DNA of 38,734 nucleotides from a virus (lineage: Duplodnaviria > Caudoviricetes). Made by a program: the position numbers and the translations under genes. Below, piece after piece: positions 7,684 through 16,153 of the stretch. The stretch's first letter is position 1; each line of letters begins with the position of its first letter. A model generated the notes under the pieces. That model did no database searches. It was not told the origin of the DNA and saw nothing but the letters and a program-made list of their open reading frames with translations. The stretch covers positions 1-38,734 of the IMG/VR virus record IMGVR_UViG_3300025852_000007; one strand, 5' to 3'.

Positions 7684-8678
7684 TGAACAGTGAATTACAG
7701 GTAATCTTAACTGAACAGAACGTGGCGAAAGAAAATGCAGATGCGCTAATTAAAGCGTTTGGCGCACCATTCACCGAGGCTGGCAAAATACTATCAACAT
7801 ATAAAAAGATTGTTGTTACCGATGAAAGCCAGACAGACTTGATGGCCGAAGCTAGAGAAAAGCGCTTGACATTAAAAAGTATTAGGACTGGCGTAGAAAA
7901 TAAACGCAAAGAACTAAAAGAAGATGCGCTTAGAACTGGCAAGGCTATAGATGGTGTCGCACGATACATCAAAGACAATATCGAACCAGCCGAGGCGTAT
8001 CTTGAACTACAAGAAAAGTTTGCAGAAATCAAAAAGGCCGAACTCGCCGCTAAAGTCAAACAAGAACGCACCGAAAAGCTACTTAAATACACGGACGATA
8101 TATCAATGTACAATATTGACGGTATCGAGGACTCAACATTTGACTTCTTATTGTCAAAGGTCAAAAAAGAATACGATGATAATATCGCTGCTGAAAAAGC
8201 CGAAGCCGAGAGATTGGCAAAAGAAGAGGCTGATCGTGTAGCCGAACAGGAAAAAGTAGTCGCAGAGAACGCACGGCTACGCAAGGAGGCCGAAGAAAAG
8301 GAAGTGGCACTTGCCATCGAGCGTAAAAAAGAGGCCGATAAACAGGCTAAGATAGACGCTGAACATCAGAAGGAGCTTTTAGCCGAAAGAGCTAAAGCTG
8401 ATGCCGAACGTGCTAAACGTGATGCTATTGAGGTTGAGCAGCGCAAAAAAGAAGAGGCTATTGCTAAAAAACAAGCCGATGATGACGAGGCTGAACGCAA
8501 GGCTCTACTATCGCCCGACAAAGATAAACTACTAAGTTTCAGTAAAGCTATTGAGATGATACGACTAGAAAAACTTCCAGCAGTTAAAACCAAGCAAGCC
8601 CAAGACGTTGTAAACTTAATAGATGAAATGCTAGTTAAGATGAAAGATATAATAGAAAAGAAGGCGAACGAATTATAA
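7683..8678 (+). CDS. Coiled-coil protein of the recombination module
   Basis: AREKRLTLKSIRTGVENKRKELK...KAIDG followed by a long E/K/A/R coiled coil. Confidence 0.75.
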   Translation: MNSELQVILTEQNVAKENADALIKAFGAPFTEAGKILSTYKKIVVTDESQTDLMAEAREKRLTLKSIRTGVENKRKELKEDALRTGKAIDGVARYIKDNIEPAEAYLELQEKFAEIKKAELAAKVKQERTEKLLKYTDDISMYNIDGIEDSTFDFLLSKVKKEYDDNIAAEKAEAERLAKEEADRVAEQEKVVAENARLRKEAEEKEVALAIERKKEADKQAKIDAEHQKELLAERAKADAERAKRDAIEVEQRKKEEAIAKKQADDDEAERKALLSPDKDKLLSFSKAIEMIRLEKLPAVKTKQAQDVVNLIDEMLVKMKDIIEKKANEL

Positions 8679-8887
8679 TGAGTGAAACAAAATTGTATGG
8701 CGATCTAAGGGTCAAGATAGGGACTTATGAAAAAGAAGGAAAAATTAAAAACCGCTATACCAATATCGGCGTATTGTTTGCATCGGAACATTTTAACAAT
8801 ATGTATATGGTGATTGACAGTTTACCGATTAGTAAAGAATGGGACGGCGTAGTCTATGTTAATCCTAGAGAAAAAGAAGATGCCTGA
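8678..8887 (+). CDS. Small beta-rich protein, possibly ssDNA-binding
   Basis: GTYEKEGKIKNRYTNIGVLF; follows the SSAP/exonuclease genes. Confidence 0.55.
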   Translation: MSETKLYGDLRVKIGTYEKEGKIKNRYTNIGVLFASEHFNNMYMVIDSLPISKEWDGVVYVNPREKEDA

Positions 8888-8940
8888 CCCTGAAATATCA
8901 ATAACTGTAAACGAGATTATAGAATGGATACACAGTTGGC

Positions 8941-9576
8941 ATGAAAATACTTAACCTATACGCTGGCATTGGTGGAAACCGTAAGTTGTGGGGTGATGAA
9001 CACGAGATTACTGCTGTTGAGTATGACGAGAATATTGCGGCGGTTTATAAAGAAAACTTTCCTAACGATACAATGGTTATCGCAGATGCCCACCAGTATT
9101 TAATTGATCACTTTAAGGAGTTTGATTTCATCTGGTCTAGCCCACCTTGTCCGACCCACTCACGCACTAATACATTCTTACATGCTCAAGGTATTATCAG
9201 ATACCCCGATATGTCATTATGGCAAGAGATAGTATTTCTTAAAAAGTGGTTCAAAGGTAAGTATGTAGTCGAGAATGTGATTAGTTACTACCCTCCACTA
9301 TATCCGCCAAGATTACTAGATAGACATTACTTCTGGGCTAATTTTGAAATATCCGATTACAAAATAAGTGCAGATAAACCTAATAATATCTGCAATGCCC
9401 GGAAGTCAACTCGCAGACCATCAAAAGACGATATGGAAGCGTTAGAAGATTACCACGGTTTCAAGATAGATAAAAAGAATAAAAACAGACGAATAATGCT
9501 TAGGAATTGTGTCTACCCTGGACTTGGTCTACACATATTAAATGAAAGTCAAATTAAACAAGGAGTATTGTTATGA
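8941..9576 (+). CDS. DNA (cytosine-5) methyltransferase, short orphan type
   Basis: Motif I LYAGIGG, motif IV SSPPC, motif VI VENV, C-terminal RNCV.P. Confidence 0.9.
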   Translation: MKILNLYAGIGGNRKLWGDEHEITAVEYDENIAAVYKENFPNDTMVIADAHQYLIDHFKEFDFIWSSPPCPTHSRTNTFLHAQGIIRYPDMSLWQEIVFLKKWFKGKYVVENVISYYPPLYPPRLLDRHYFWANFEISDYKISADKPNNICNARKSTRRPSKDDMEALEDYHGFKIDKKNKNRRIMLRNCVYPGLGLHILNESQIKQGVLL

Positions 9577-9866
9577 CCTCTAACTATGAAGCTGGCATTA
9601 AAGAAAGGGTGACTGAGATATTAGCATTATTATCACACTATAGTGACTTCGGATGTGATAATTATGAAGATGTTAAACAGGCAAAGCAATCTATCCTGTT
9701 TTTATTAGATGAGGAAATTAGGAAAGCAACGGTCAATGGTCAATTAGATGAAATTGAATATCTACTAAGTCTACCAAACCTCAACGAATATATAGTAAAA
9801 AAATATTGCTTAGATATGCAGGAAGCACTAAAACTACAATCAAAGAGTATAAATGAAAACAACTGA
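9573..9866 (+). CDS. Hypothetical protein
   Basis: AAGGAG RBS; coupled ORF. Confidence 0.65.
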   Translation: MTSNYEAGIKERVTEILALLSHYSDFGCDNYEDVKQAKQSILFLLDEEIRKATVNGQLDEIEYLLSLPNLNEYIVKKYCLDMQEALKLQSKSINENN

Positions 9867-10194
9867 AATAAAGAAACTAGATAAACTGTGGCGTGAAGCG
9901 ATCCATAAGAGAGACCAGTTCTGCCAGATATGCGGCAATAACTCTATGATAAACGCCCATCATGTTATAGGTAGACGTAATCGCAGCGTTAGATGGGTAC
10001 TCGATAATGGTATCGGACTTTGCCCTGGATGTCATACGTTTAAAACTGTCTCGGCTCATCAAGACCCGTTATGGTTCAGTGAATGGTTTAGATCAGAATA
10101 TCCCGAACGCTACGACTATATTATGTCTCTTAGATTAACGGTTAATAAGCAAGATTTTGACTATTGGCTAGACGAGTTATCCACAGGCAAGTAA
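9853..10194 (+). CDS. HNH endonuclease, NinG/Rap-like
   Basis: RDQFCQICG...AHHVIGR...RW..DNGIGLCPGCH. Confidence 0.85.
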   Translation: MKTTEIKKLDKLWREAIHKRDQFCQICGNNSMINAHHVIGRRNRSVRWVLDNGIGLCPGCHTFKTVSAHQDPLWFSEWFRSEYPERYDYIMSLRLTVNKQDFDYWLDELSTGK

Positions 10195-10201
10195 AAACCG
10201 T

Positions 10202-10241
10202 AGCCGTAATGCTTGACAAACCACAGCCGTAATGCTAAGAT
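10202..10241 (+). promoter_or_regulatory. Early promoter 2 with tandem AGCCGTAATGCT boxes
   Basis: TTGACA(10213)-17-TAAGAT; boxes at 10202-10213 and 10225-10236. Confidence 0.85.
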
Positions 10242-10343
10242 GAATACAGTCAAACCACAAATGGAGATTGACAAGCGAAACGGATAAAATAGCCCCAGGG
10301 TAAACGACTAACACAATAAGCCCAACTCGCTCAGAACATTAAC

Positions 10344-10696
10344 AATTCAATCATAGACTACAGGCGGTGATTAGCGAGACTGGAGCATAAAATGCTTATC
10401 ACAGTAAAGCTAACACAAGACCAAGTGAATGAAGTTCATAAAATGTTGTGCGAAAAAAAAGAAGGGCTAGAGTATACAGTTAGAAAATATACTGAATGCC
10501 CATCTCCTGAAAGCGCAATGACTAGTAACAACTATGGTTCGTGGAATGAGTTCGAGTATAGTAGACTACCACAAACTAAACAACGTCTAGCATTCATTAA
10601 AAGACTACAAACCACACTGGCACAAGCCAAGAGTTAGTAAATACGTAACTACTAAATAATAACCGCTTAACGCCGCTTGTAACCTATGATTGAATT
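10344..10696 (+). repeat. 33-bp imperfect inverted repeat flanking ORF 10392-10637
   Basis: AATTCAATCATAGACTACAGGCGGTGATTAGCG (10344-10376) versus CGCTTAACGCCGCTTGTAACCTATGATTGAATT (10664-10696). Confidence 0.85.
10392..10637 (+). CDS. Hypothetical protein
   Basis: GGAG RBS; 81 aa. Confidence 0.7.
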   Translation: MLITVKLTQDQVNEVHKMLCEKKEGLEYTVRKYTECPSPESAMTSNNYGSWNEFEYSRLPQTKQRLAFIKRLQTTLAQAKS

Positions 10697-10794
10697 AAAA
10701 TAAAAAGGAAAAACAAACAATGAGTATTCTAGCAATCAAACGCTACGATCAACCAAACAAAGTAAAGTTCATAACTATCAAATAGGAGAACTAC

Positions 10795-10926
10795 ATGTAC
10801 AGATACAAACTTTTATTAAAAAACAATTGGCTACTTATAACACTAACTGTTATTGCAATAATAACCTTAGTAGTATGGTACGACAATTTTATATGGATAT
10901 TAAATCAAACAAAAGGACTAAAATAA
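10795..10926 (+). CDS. Small single-TM protein
   Basis: AGGAG RBS; 43 aa containing WLLITLTVIAIITLVVW. Confidence 0.6.
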   Translation: MYRYKLLLKNNWLLITLTVIAIITLVVWYDNFIWILNQTKGLK

Positions 10927-10930
10927 AATT

Positions 10931-11119
10931 ATGAGTAAATCAACTAAAGAAGCAAAAGCACCACGAACAATCAAAGTTAAAACTGTGCTTATCGCAATAG
11001 CAGTGACCGTAGCACTATTCGCATCATTCGTAGCTGGTTGGACATTACGTTCAGCCGATCAAGCACGAGTTACAGCCGAAGCTAGTGTACTTGTTAGCAC
11101 GTTAAAATCACAGAAATAA
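10931..11119 (+). CDS. Signal-anchor membrane protein
   Basis: Basic N-terminus, then VLIAIAVTVALFASFVAGW. Confidence 0.7.
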   Translation: MSKSTKEAKAPRTIKVKTVLIAIAVTVALFASFVAGWTLRSADQARVTAEASVLVSTLKSQK

Positions 11120-11163
11120 CGCCAGCCGTCGTTATTAGCTCGCCACAGGCAAAAGAGACTCAA

Positions 11164-11481
11164 GTGGCAACAATTACCGAGTCAGCACCTGAACAAGAAC
11201 CTGAAGCAACTACGCAAGCCGTAGAGCTATCAGAAGCCGAAGCAAAGGCATATATATACGAGCATGAAAGCAACGGGAAACTCGATTCAGTAAACCCCTC
11301 ATCAGGGAGTTGTGGAATCGGGCAAAGTCTCCCATGTAGTAAATTAGAAAGCGTATGTCCTGACTGGCGAACGAACTACGAATGTTCAGACCAGTTTTTC
11401 ACATCCTACGTAACAGCGAGGTATGGCGGATGGATCGGGGCGTATGACTGGTGGGTTAATCAAGGACATAATTGGTATTAA
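11164..11481 (+). CDS. Lysozyme-like/lytic transglycosylase domain (Apf-like); start uncertain
   Basis: AKAYIYEHESNG..NPSSGSCGIGQ...YVTARYGGW..A..WW....WY; frame is open from 11098 and has no clear RBS. Confidence 0.75.
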   Translation: MATITESAPEQEPEATTQAVELSEAEAKAYIYEHESNGKLDSVNPSSGSCGIGQSLPCSKLESVCPDWRTNYECSDQFFTSYVTARYGGWIGAYDWWVNQGHNWY

Positions 11482-11490
11482 GGAGATAAT

Positions 11491-11727
11491 ATGTACAGTA
11501 TCAAGAGAAGTGTTAATAATATAAATAGCTTTGTAACTTTATTCCATGTGTTTGGTGATCCATTAATAGTGATGTGGTGCATAAACGCCGTCGGGCATAA
11601 TTTAAGTATTCCTATTTTAGCGACATTATCATATTGGAATATATGGCTACTAAACTTTGCAATTCAAGCATTATGGCCCATTGAATCAATCCCAGAAATG
11701 GATATTAAGAAGGTAATAATTAAATGA
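11491..11727 (+). CDS. Hypothetical membrane protein
   Basis: AAGGAG RBS; hydrophobic. Confidence 0.6.
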   Translation: MYSIKRSVNNINSFVTLFHVFGDPLIVMWCINAVGHNLSIPILATLSYWNIWLLNFAIQALWPIESIPEMDIKKVIIK

Positions 11728-12059
11728 TAAAAGATAATCAACTTATATATGGTTTATTCGGTGAAATTATTGGGTTTAAAGATAATCAAATAACAGGTAA
11801 AAAAGAATTGCTTGCTAATTCAATGGCAATGATTATACGTCGTAAACACCTAAGTAGGCATATACCCATAAAACAACTTGAACGCATACAGAATATATTT
11901 ATGCCAGATGATACTGGAGGTAGGATTGCACTTAAAATTGGAGATGAATATCAATATTTCACAGATAACCCAAACATCGAATGGGTTGATAATAATGGTA
12001 TCAACACACCATATTTGGTGAAAACAATAAGTCATATAAGCATGGGATTGGAGAAATAG
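11724..12059 (+). CDS. Hypothetical protein
   Basis: Coupled ORF. Confidence 0.6.
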   Translation: MIKDNQLIYGLFGEIIGFKDNQITGKKELLANSMAMIIRRKHLSRHIPIKQLERIQNIFMPDDTGGRIALKIGDEYQYFTDNPNIEWVDNNGINTPYLVKTISHISMGLEK

Positions 12060-12061
12060 TC

Positions 12062-12757
12062 ATGAATCTAAAACAACAATTCAAAACAGCTGACAAAGCC
12101 ATTAAAGATTTGGGGTTAACTCACCCATTCAAATTAGAAGATATTAAAATTAGTCCAGAGTTGAAAAAAGAATTGATCGAACACAAAGCCGTGATGGTTA
12201 TAACGCCCAAAATAGACGAGAGTTTCAACACTAAAGACTTGTTTAATAGGTTAGTAACATTATGGGACGAGGATAATAGTTATTTTTACGAAAAATGGTC
12301 GGAATATTTTAAAGATGACTATCAGGAACCTAAAATTAGTTTTGTCTATATGGACGGTAAACGAGGACTTTACGGAAAAGGTAAAGGTTTAGAAGATAAT
12401 AAAACCGAACTCGCTAAAATGACAGATTGTCGTTCACTCAACCCGATTGAATATATGTTATTACAAGTCATCTATAAAGATGAACCCTTAGACACTGGTT
12501 GGAGCTGGACTCGGTTTATTGATGCGGGCTTGCGTGGCTTCATCCGTGGTGGCGGTTGGAACGATGGCGGGTACGCCGGAGTCTTGGCGCTGTATTTGCG
12601 CCACTCGCCTGGCACCGCGAGCACGTACATCGGTTTCCGTGTCTCTCGGGATATTTTAACTCTTACCTCTTCAAATCTTGAGATTTTAGAAATTGAGTAC
12701 ATACCTGAAACTATCAAGGTAAATGGACGTGTTTACAGATTGGAGGAGCAGTTATGA
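12062..12757 (+). CDS. Protein with a C-type-lectin-fold DGR-type variable region
   Basis: RGFIRGGGWNDGGYAGVLALYL......STYIGFR matches the RGGxW...AG...IGFR VR signature of Mtd/FGE-type CLec targets. Confidence 0.8.
   Translation: MNLKQQFKTADKAIKDLGLTHPFKLEDIKISPELKKELIEHKAVMVITPKIDESFNTKDLFNRLVTLWDEDNSYFYEKWSEYFKDDYQEPKISFVYMDGKRGLYGKGKGLEDNKTELAKMTDCRSLNPIEYMLLQVIYKDEPLDTGWSWTRFIDAGLRGFIRGGGWNDGGYAGVLALYLRHSPGTASTYIGFRVSRDILTLTSSNLEILEIEYIPETIKVNGRVYRLEEQL
12521..12650 (+). other. DGR variable region (VR)-like segment
   Basis: Hand count 84/130 G+C and 14 A within an AT-rich gene; NNY codons at positions where template repeats carry AAY. Confidence 0.7.
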
Positions 12758-12850
12758 CTATTAACGAACCAGACGGAGTAATCACAGGTTGGGAACGACA
12801 GAAAGGAGGCAAGTTATGAATACAGACGATAAGAAAGGAAGGAATATGAA

Positions 12851-13327
12851 ATGAACGACGACAAATTACAAAGTTACATAAGTTCATTAGTGCAGAAAGA
12901 GAGAGCAGAACATTTATTAGATTCACCGCAACTTACTATTGGAGAATTGTTAGATTTATTGAAAGATATTCCTACAAAAGACGGTGATGATGCAGTTAAA
13001 ATATCGTTTGACTTCGGGTCTGCGTATCCAACTGGTTTGAGTTCTTGGCGTGGTTCTTACTGTGAGTTGGCAATTAACTATGGTTTAGGCGGATATGATA
13101 ATGACAATGCTGACCAGTTTGCACACAGAAACTTGAAAGATTTTGTAGAGGAATTACAAGGTGCTGTTGGTAAAACATATACTGGTTGGAAAGGTGGCGA
13201 CTTCGTAATGGGTCTGTACACTCCACTATGGGTTGATAACGATGGTAATAGTAATAATACAGGTGTAGTCGGAATAAAAAACGATGGTTGGCGAGTAATA
13301 ATTTTAACTCAGTATTGCGAGTACTAG
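12851..13327 (+). CDS. Phage hypothetical protein
   Basis: QLTIGELLDLLK...SWRGSYCELA...GWKGGDFVM. Confidence 0.75.
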   Translation: MNDDKLQSYISSLVQKERAEHLLDSPQLTIGELLDLLKDIPTKDGDDAVKISFDFGSAYPTGLSSWRGSYCELAINYGLGGYDNDNADQFAHRNLKDFVEELQGAVGKTYTGWKGGDFVMGLYTPLWVDNDGNSNNTGVVGIKNDGWRVIILTQYCEY

Positions 13328-13329
13328 TA

Positions 13330-13791
13330 ATGTCTAACCAAGGTAATATCAGTAATAAAATAGATGGCAATCAACGTATTAAAAAGATGCTCGACGAAAA
13401 CCCTGAATTAAGACCTGCTGTTGCCGAAGCAAAGCGACTTGGCGACATCAGTAATAAAATAGATGACCTAATGACTGACTTACTATGGCAGTGTTCAGAA
13501 TGTATTGATGAGAAAGAGATGACTTTAATTAAAAGTCTACCGAATTATAAGGATGTATTACAATCTTTTCTATCTCTATTAGAAGAAAGCAATCAGGAAG
13601 CAAGGTTAGACGAGTTGGCGAAAACTAACGAATATATTGACAACACTTATATGTTTATCACCAACGACCTACCAGCATTATTAGAACAAGACCGAGTATT
13701 TGAAATCAGAAAACAGCACAAAGACGAAATACACAAGAACATATCAGACCGTATCAAAGAATTAACAGAAGCATCTAAGGAGACAGTATGA
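13330..13791 (+). CDS. Hypothetical protein
   Basis: ATG 13330 follows the previous stop; internal ISNKID duplication. Confidence 0.65.
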   Translation: MSNQGNISNKIDGNQRIKKMLDENPELRPAVAEAKRLGDISNKIDDLMTDLLWQCSECIDEKEMTLIKSLPNYKDVLQSFLSLLEESNQEARLDELAKTNEYIDNTYMFITNDLPALLEQDRVFEIRKQHKDEIHKNISDRIKELTEASKETV

Positions 13792-14237
13792 CATTCAAAG
13801 ATTTAGTGAAACTTTTAGATACTGGTGCGACAGACAATAATACTGTGTATATCGTTAGAGCTGACGGTAAGGTAGAAGCATCTAAAAAGGAGAAGAAATG
13901 AAACTTAAATACCTATTCAACCGCCATAAATACCAATACGATAAAGAATTAGCTGCCATATATTATAAACTTGAGACCATATTAGATGAAATAGTTTTGC
14001 TTAGGGATGATTTAGAAAAGGAGAAGGAATAATGTTCCCATCATATTCAGATGATCAAGCAAGTGAGATAGAACCGGAGGATAAATAAATGACATCAACT
14101 GTTACAAAAACGTCAATAGTTACAATGAACGATTGGACTAAGCTATGTATGAACGTACTTATTCCATGTAATGAAATAATTATAGGTAAAATAGGCGATT
14201 GTTTTTATTTAACAGCAATCAAGGAGAAGGATCACAG

Positions 14238-14266
14238 TTGACGTAAGCGTAGCCGTAATGTATAAT
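14238..14266 (+). promoter_or_regulatory. Early promoter 3 with an AGCCGTAATG box
   Basis: TTGACG-17-TATAAT; box at 14251-14260. Confidence 0.85.
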
Positions 14267-14295
14267 GTACTTAACAACATAAACGGAGATTGATC

Positions 14296-14505
14296 ATGAG
14301 CAGCACAGTAAACTTATACGCAAAACACGTAAAGATGCAGCAACTTAAAGATGGTAGTTTTGATATTACATTAGAAGGTGTGGACGCTGGGGACTTTACA
14401 AGCGAGTTCAATATAAATGAGGTTCTTGATCAATACGATTTCGGGGACATCGAGAAGTATTACCTTATCCGCAAGGGTGAAGACGAGGAGGACTGGAGTG
14501 AGTAA
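14296..14505 (+). CDS. Small acidic protein
   Basis: GGAG RBS; ATG 14296; D/E-rich. Confidence 0.7.
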   Translation: MSSTVNLYAKHVKMQQLKDGSFDITLEGVDAGDFTSEFNINEVLDQYDFGDIEKYYLIRKGEDEEDWSE

Positions 14506-14797
14506 AGAATCACAAGCCTCGTGGCTACTAAAAGAGTTCAAACGTCGTGGTGAGATTTATAACTACGAACTAGCTACTGAGATGCACTTACTTCAATATG
14601 TAGGCCGAATCTATGACATCCGGCACAAGTTCGGCGAGACAATCGAATGTCTCCCAGACCCTCAGAACAGACCAGGCGTACACCTTTACCGGTACGTGCC
14701 AAAAGAGCCAGAACAGACTACCTTGATAGACCCACTAGATTTTATCTTCGGCGATGTTCAACAACAATTAGACAAATTAACGATTAAAGGAGAATAA
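14498..14797 (+). CDS. Winged helix-turn-helix DNA-binding protein
   Basis: GAGGAGGA RBS, GTG 14498; SQASWLLKEFKRRGEIYNYEL....LQYVGRIYDIR...GETIE. Confidence 0.7.
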   Translation: MSKESQASWLLKEFKRRGEIYNYELATEMHLLQYVGRIYDIRHKFGETIECLPDPQNRPGVHLYRYVPKEPEQTTLIDPLDFIFGDVQQQLDKLTIKGE

Positions 14798-14798
14798 A

Positions 14799-15002
14799 AT
14801 GTCAGGCACAAAAATCGGTGGACAGCGAGCGAGGGATAAGAACTTAGCAAAAGACCCAGACTTCTATAAGAAGATTGGACAGCGTGGAGGTCAACTTTCT
14901 CGGACTGGTGGATTCTACGCTAATAGGGAATTAGCTTCTACAGCTGGGCGAATTGGAGGACTTAAGTCTCGTAGGAAAGCTAAAAATAATAAAGTAGTAT
15001 AA
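14799..15002 (+). CDS. KGG-repeat (YciG/GsiB-like) small basic protein
   Basis: MSGTKIGG...DFYKKIGQRGG...GGF.ANRELASTAGRIGG..SRR. Confidence 0.85.
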   Translation: MSGTKIGGQRARDKNLAKDPDFYKKIGQRGGQLSRTGGFYANRELASTAGRIGGLKSRRKAKNNKVV

Positions 15003-15334
15003 TTAGATGATAATAAACACTCAAACACATTCAATTTAACAAAGGATAAATATTCGTATCAATGTAAAGCACATAAACACCAGACTCAAGCAAATAACAG
15101 TAACTAACGAATCAGAATGGAAGGAATATATAGATTATGATTGATAAAATGTACAGCGATTGGATAGATTACAAAGAATCAATAGTCCACATTAATGAAC
15201 ATCAGCCTTGGAAGAAATGGATCAGAGCATAATGTGGATATTTATTGGTGTTGCAGTATTTGCTTGCTTATGGGTACTAATAAACTCTAAAAAATGATAC
15301 AATATACATATACTTTATAAACAGAGGTAAATTA

Positions 15335-15652
15335 ATGAGCAAGTTTACCGACTTCAATAACAAACTAGGCATGAAAATAACTAAGATGGTTGGCTCCATG
15401 GGTGCTGCTTACTTGTTCGCCGTCATAGCCCTTATATCGCTCCCAGCGGCCATAACGTCCGGAAACGTGATTGTTATAGTCTCATGGGTGGCACAGACAT
15501 TCTTACAGCTCGTATTATTGAGTATTATTATGGTGGGCCAAGGTGTACAAAGCCAAGCCTCGGACGCAAGGACAGAGAAGATGCTTCAACATATCAGCCG
15601 TGATAATGACAGAATTATAAAAGAGTTGAATGATTTATTATGCAAAAAGTAG
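15335..15652 (+). CDS. DUF1003-like membrane protein
   Basis: ITKMVGSM...FLQLVLLSIIMVGQ. Confidence 0.7.
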   Translation: MSKFTDFNNKLGMKITKMVGSMGAAYLFAVIALISLPAAITSGNVIVIVSWVAQTFLQLVLLSIIMVGQGVQSQASDARTEKMLQHISRDNDRIIKELNDLLCKK

Positions 15653-16068
15653 CTAATGGCAGACCTAGCGAATATACGGACGATATATTTTATAATATTT
15701 TAGGCGAGGTATCAGATGGCAAGTCGTTGAAGAGTATATGTAGTAGAGACGATATGCCGGACAAAGCGACATTTTATAGATGGTTAGATAAAGACCAAAG
15801 GTTATGCGACAAATACGCGCGCGCGAAAGAGGATTCATCAGATGCGCTTGCCGATGATATACAGGACATAAGTGATAAAGTCCTTGTTGGCACATACGAA
15901 GCTAATAACGCCAGGGTTGCCATTGACGCTAAGAAATGGATCGCCAGTAAACTGAAACCTAAGAAATATGGTGATAAGATGGATATCACATCGGATGGTA
16001 AAGTCCTGCCAACTCCAATATTAGGTGGATTGAGCCGTAATGAACTCAACGATGATATAAAGGACTAA
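15640..16068 (+). CDS. terS: Terminase small subunit
   Basis: GRPSEYT...GKSLKSIC...MPDKATFYRWL...YARA...KWIASKLKPKKYGDK. Confidence 0.9.
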   Translation: MQKVANGRPSEYTDDIFYNILGEVSDGKSLKSICSRDDMPDKATFYRWLDKDQRLCDKYARAKEDSSDALADDIQDISDKVLVGTYEANNARVAIDAKKWIASKLKPKKYGDKMDITSDGKVLPTPILGGLSRNELNDDIKD

Positions 16069-16153
16069 CCTAAGTGCCAGAAAAAACGGCTTTATATAAA
16101 ACATACTTAACAGATTGTGTAGGTGTTAAATCTAACATCATGAATGATATAAA

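Noticed and set aside
10177-10185. Perfect DnaA box TTATCCACA just upstream of early promoter 2
   Set aside because: Single copy inside a coding sequence, with no cluster or unwinding element seen; not enough to call an origin
15003-15334. Several tiny ORFs between the KGG gene and the DUF1003-like gene
   Set aside because: Too short, with ambiguous starts
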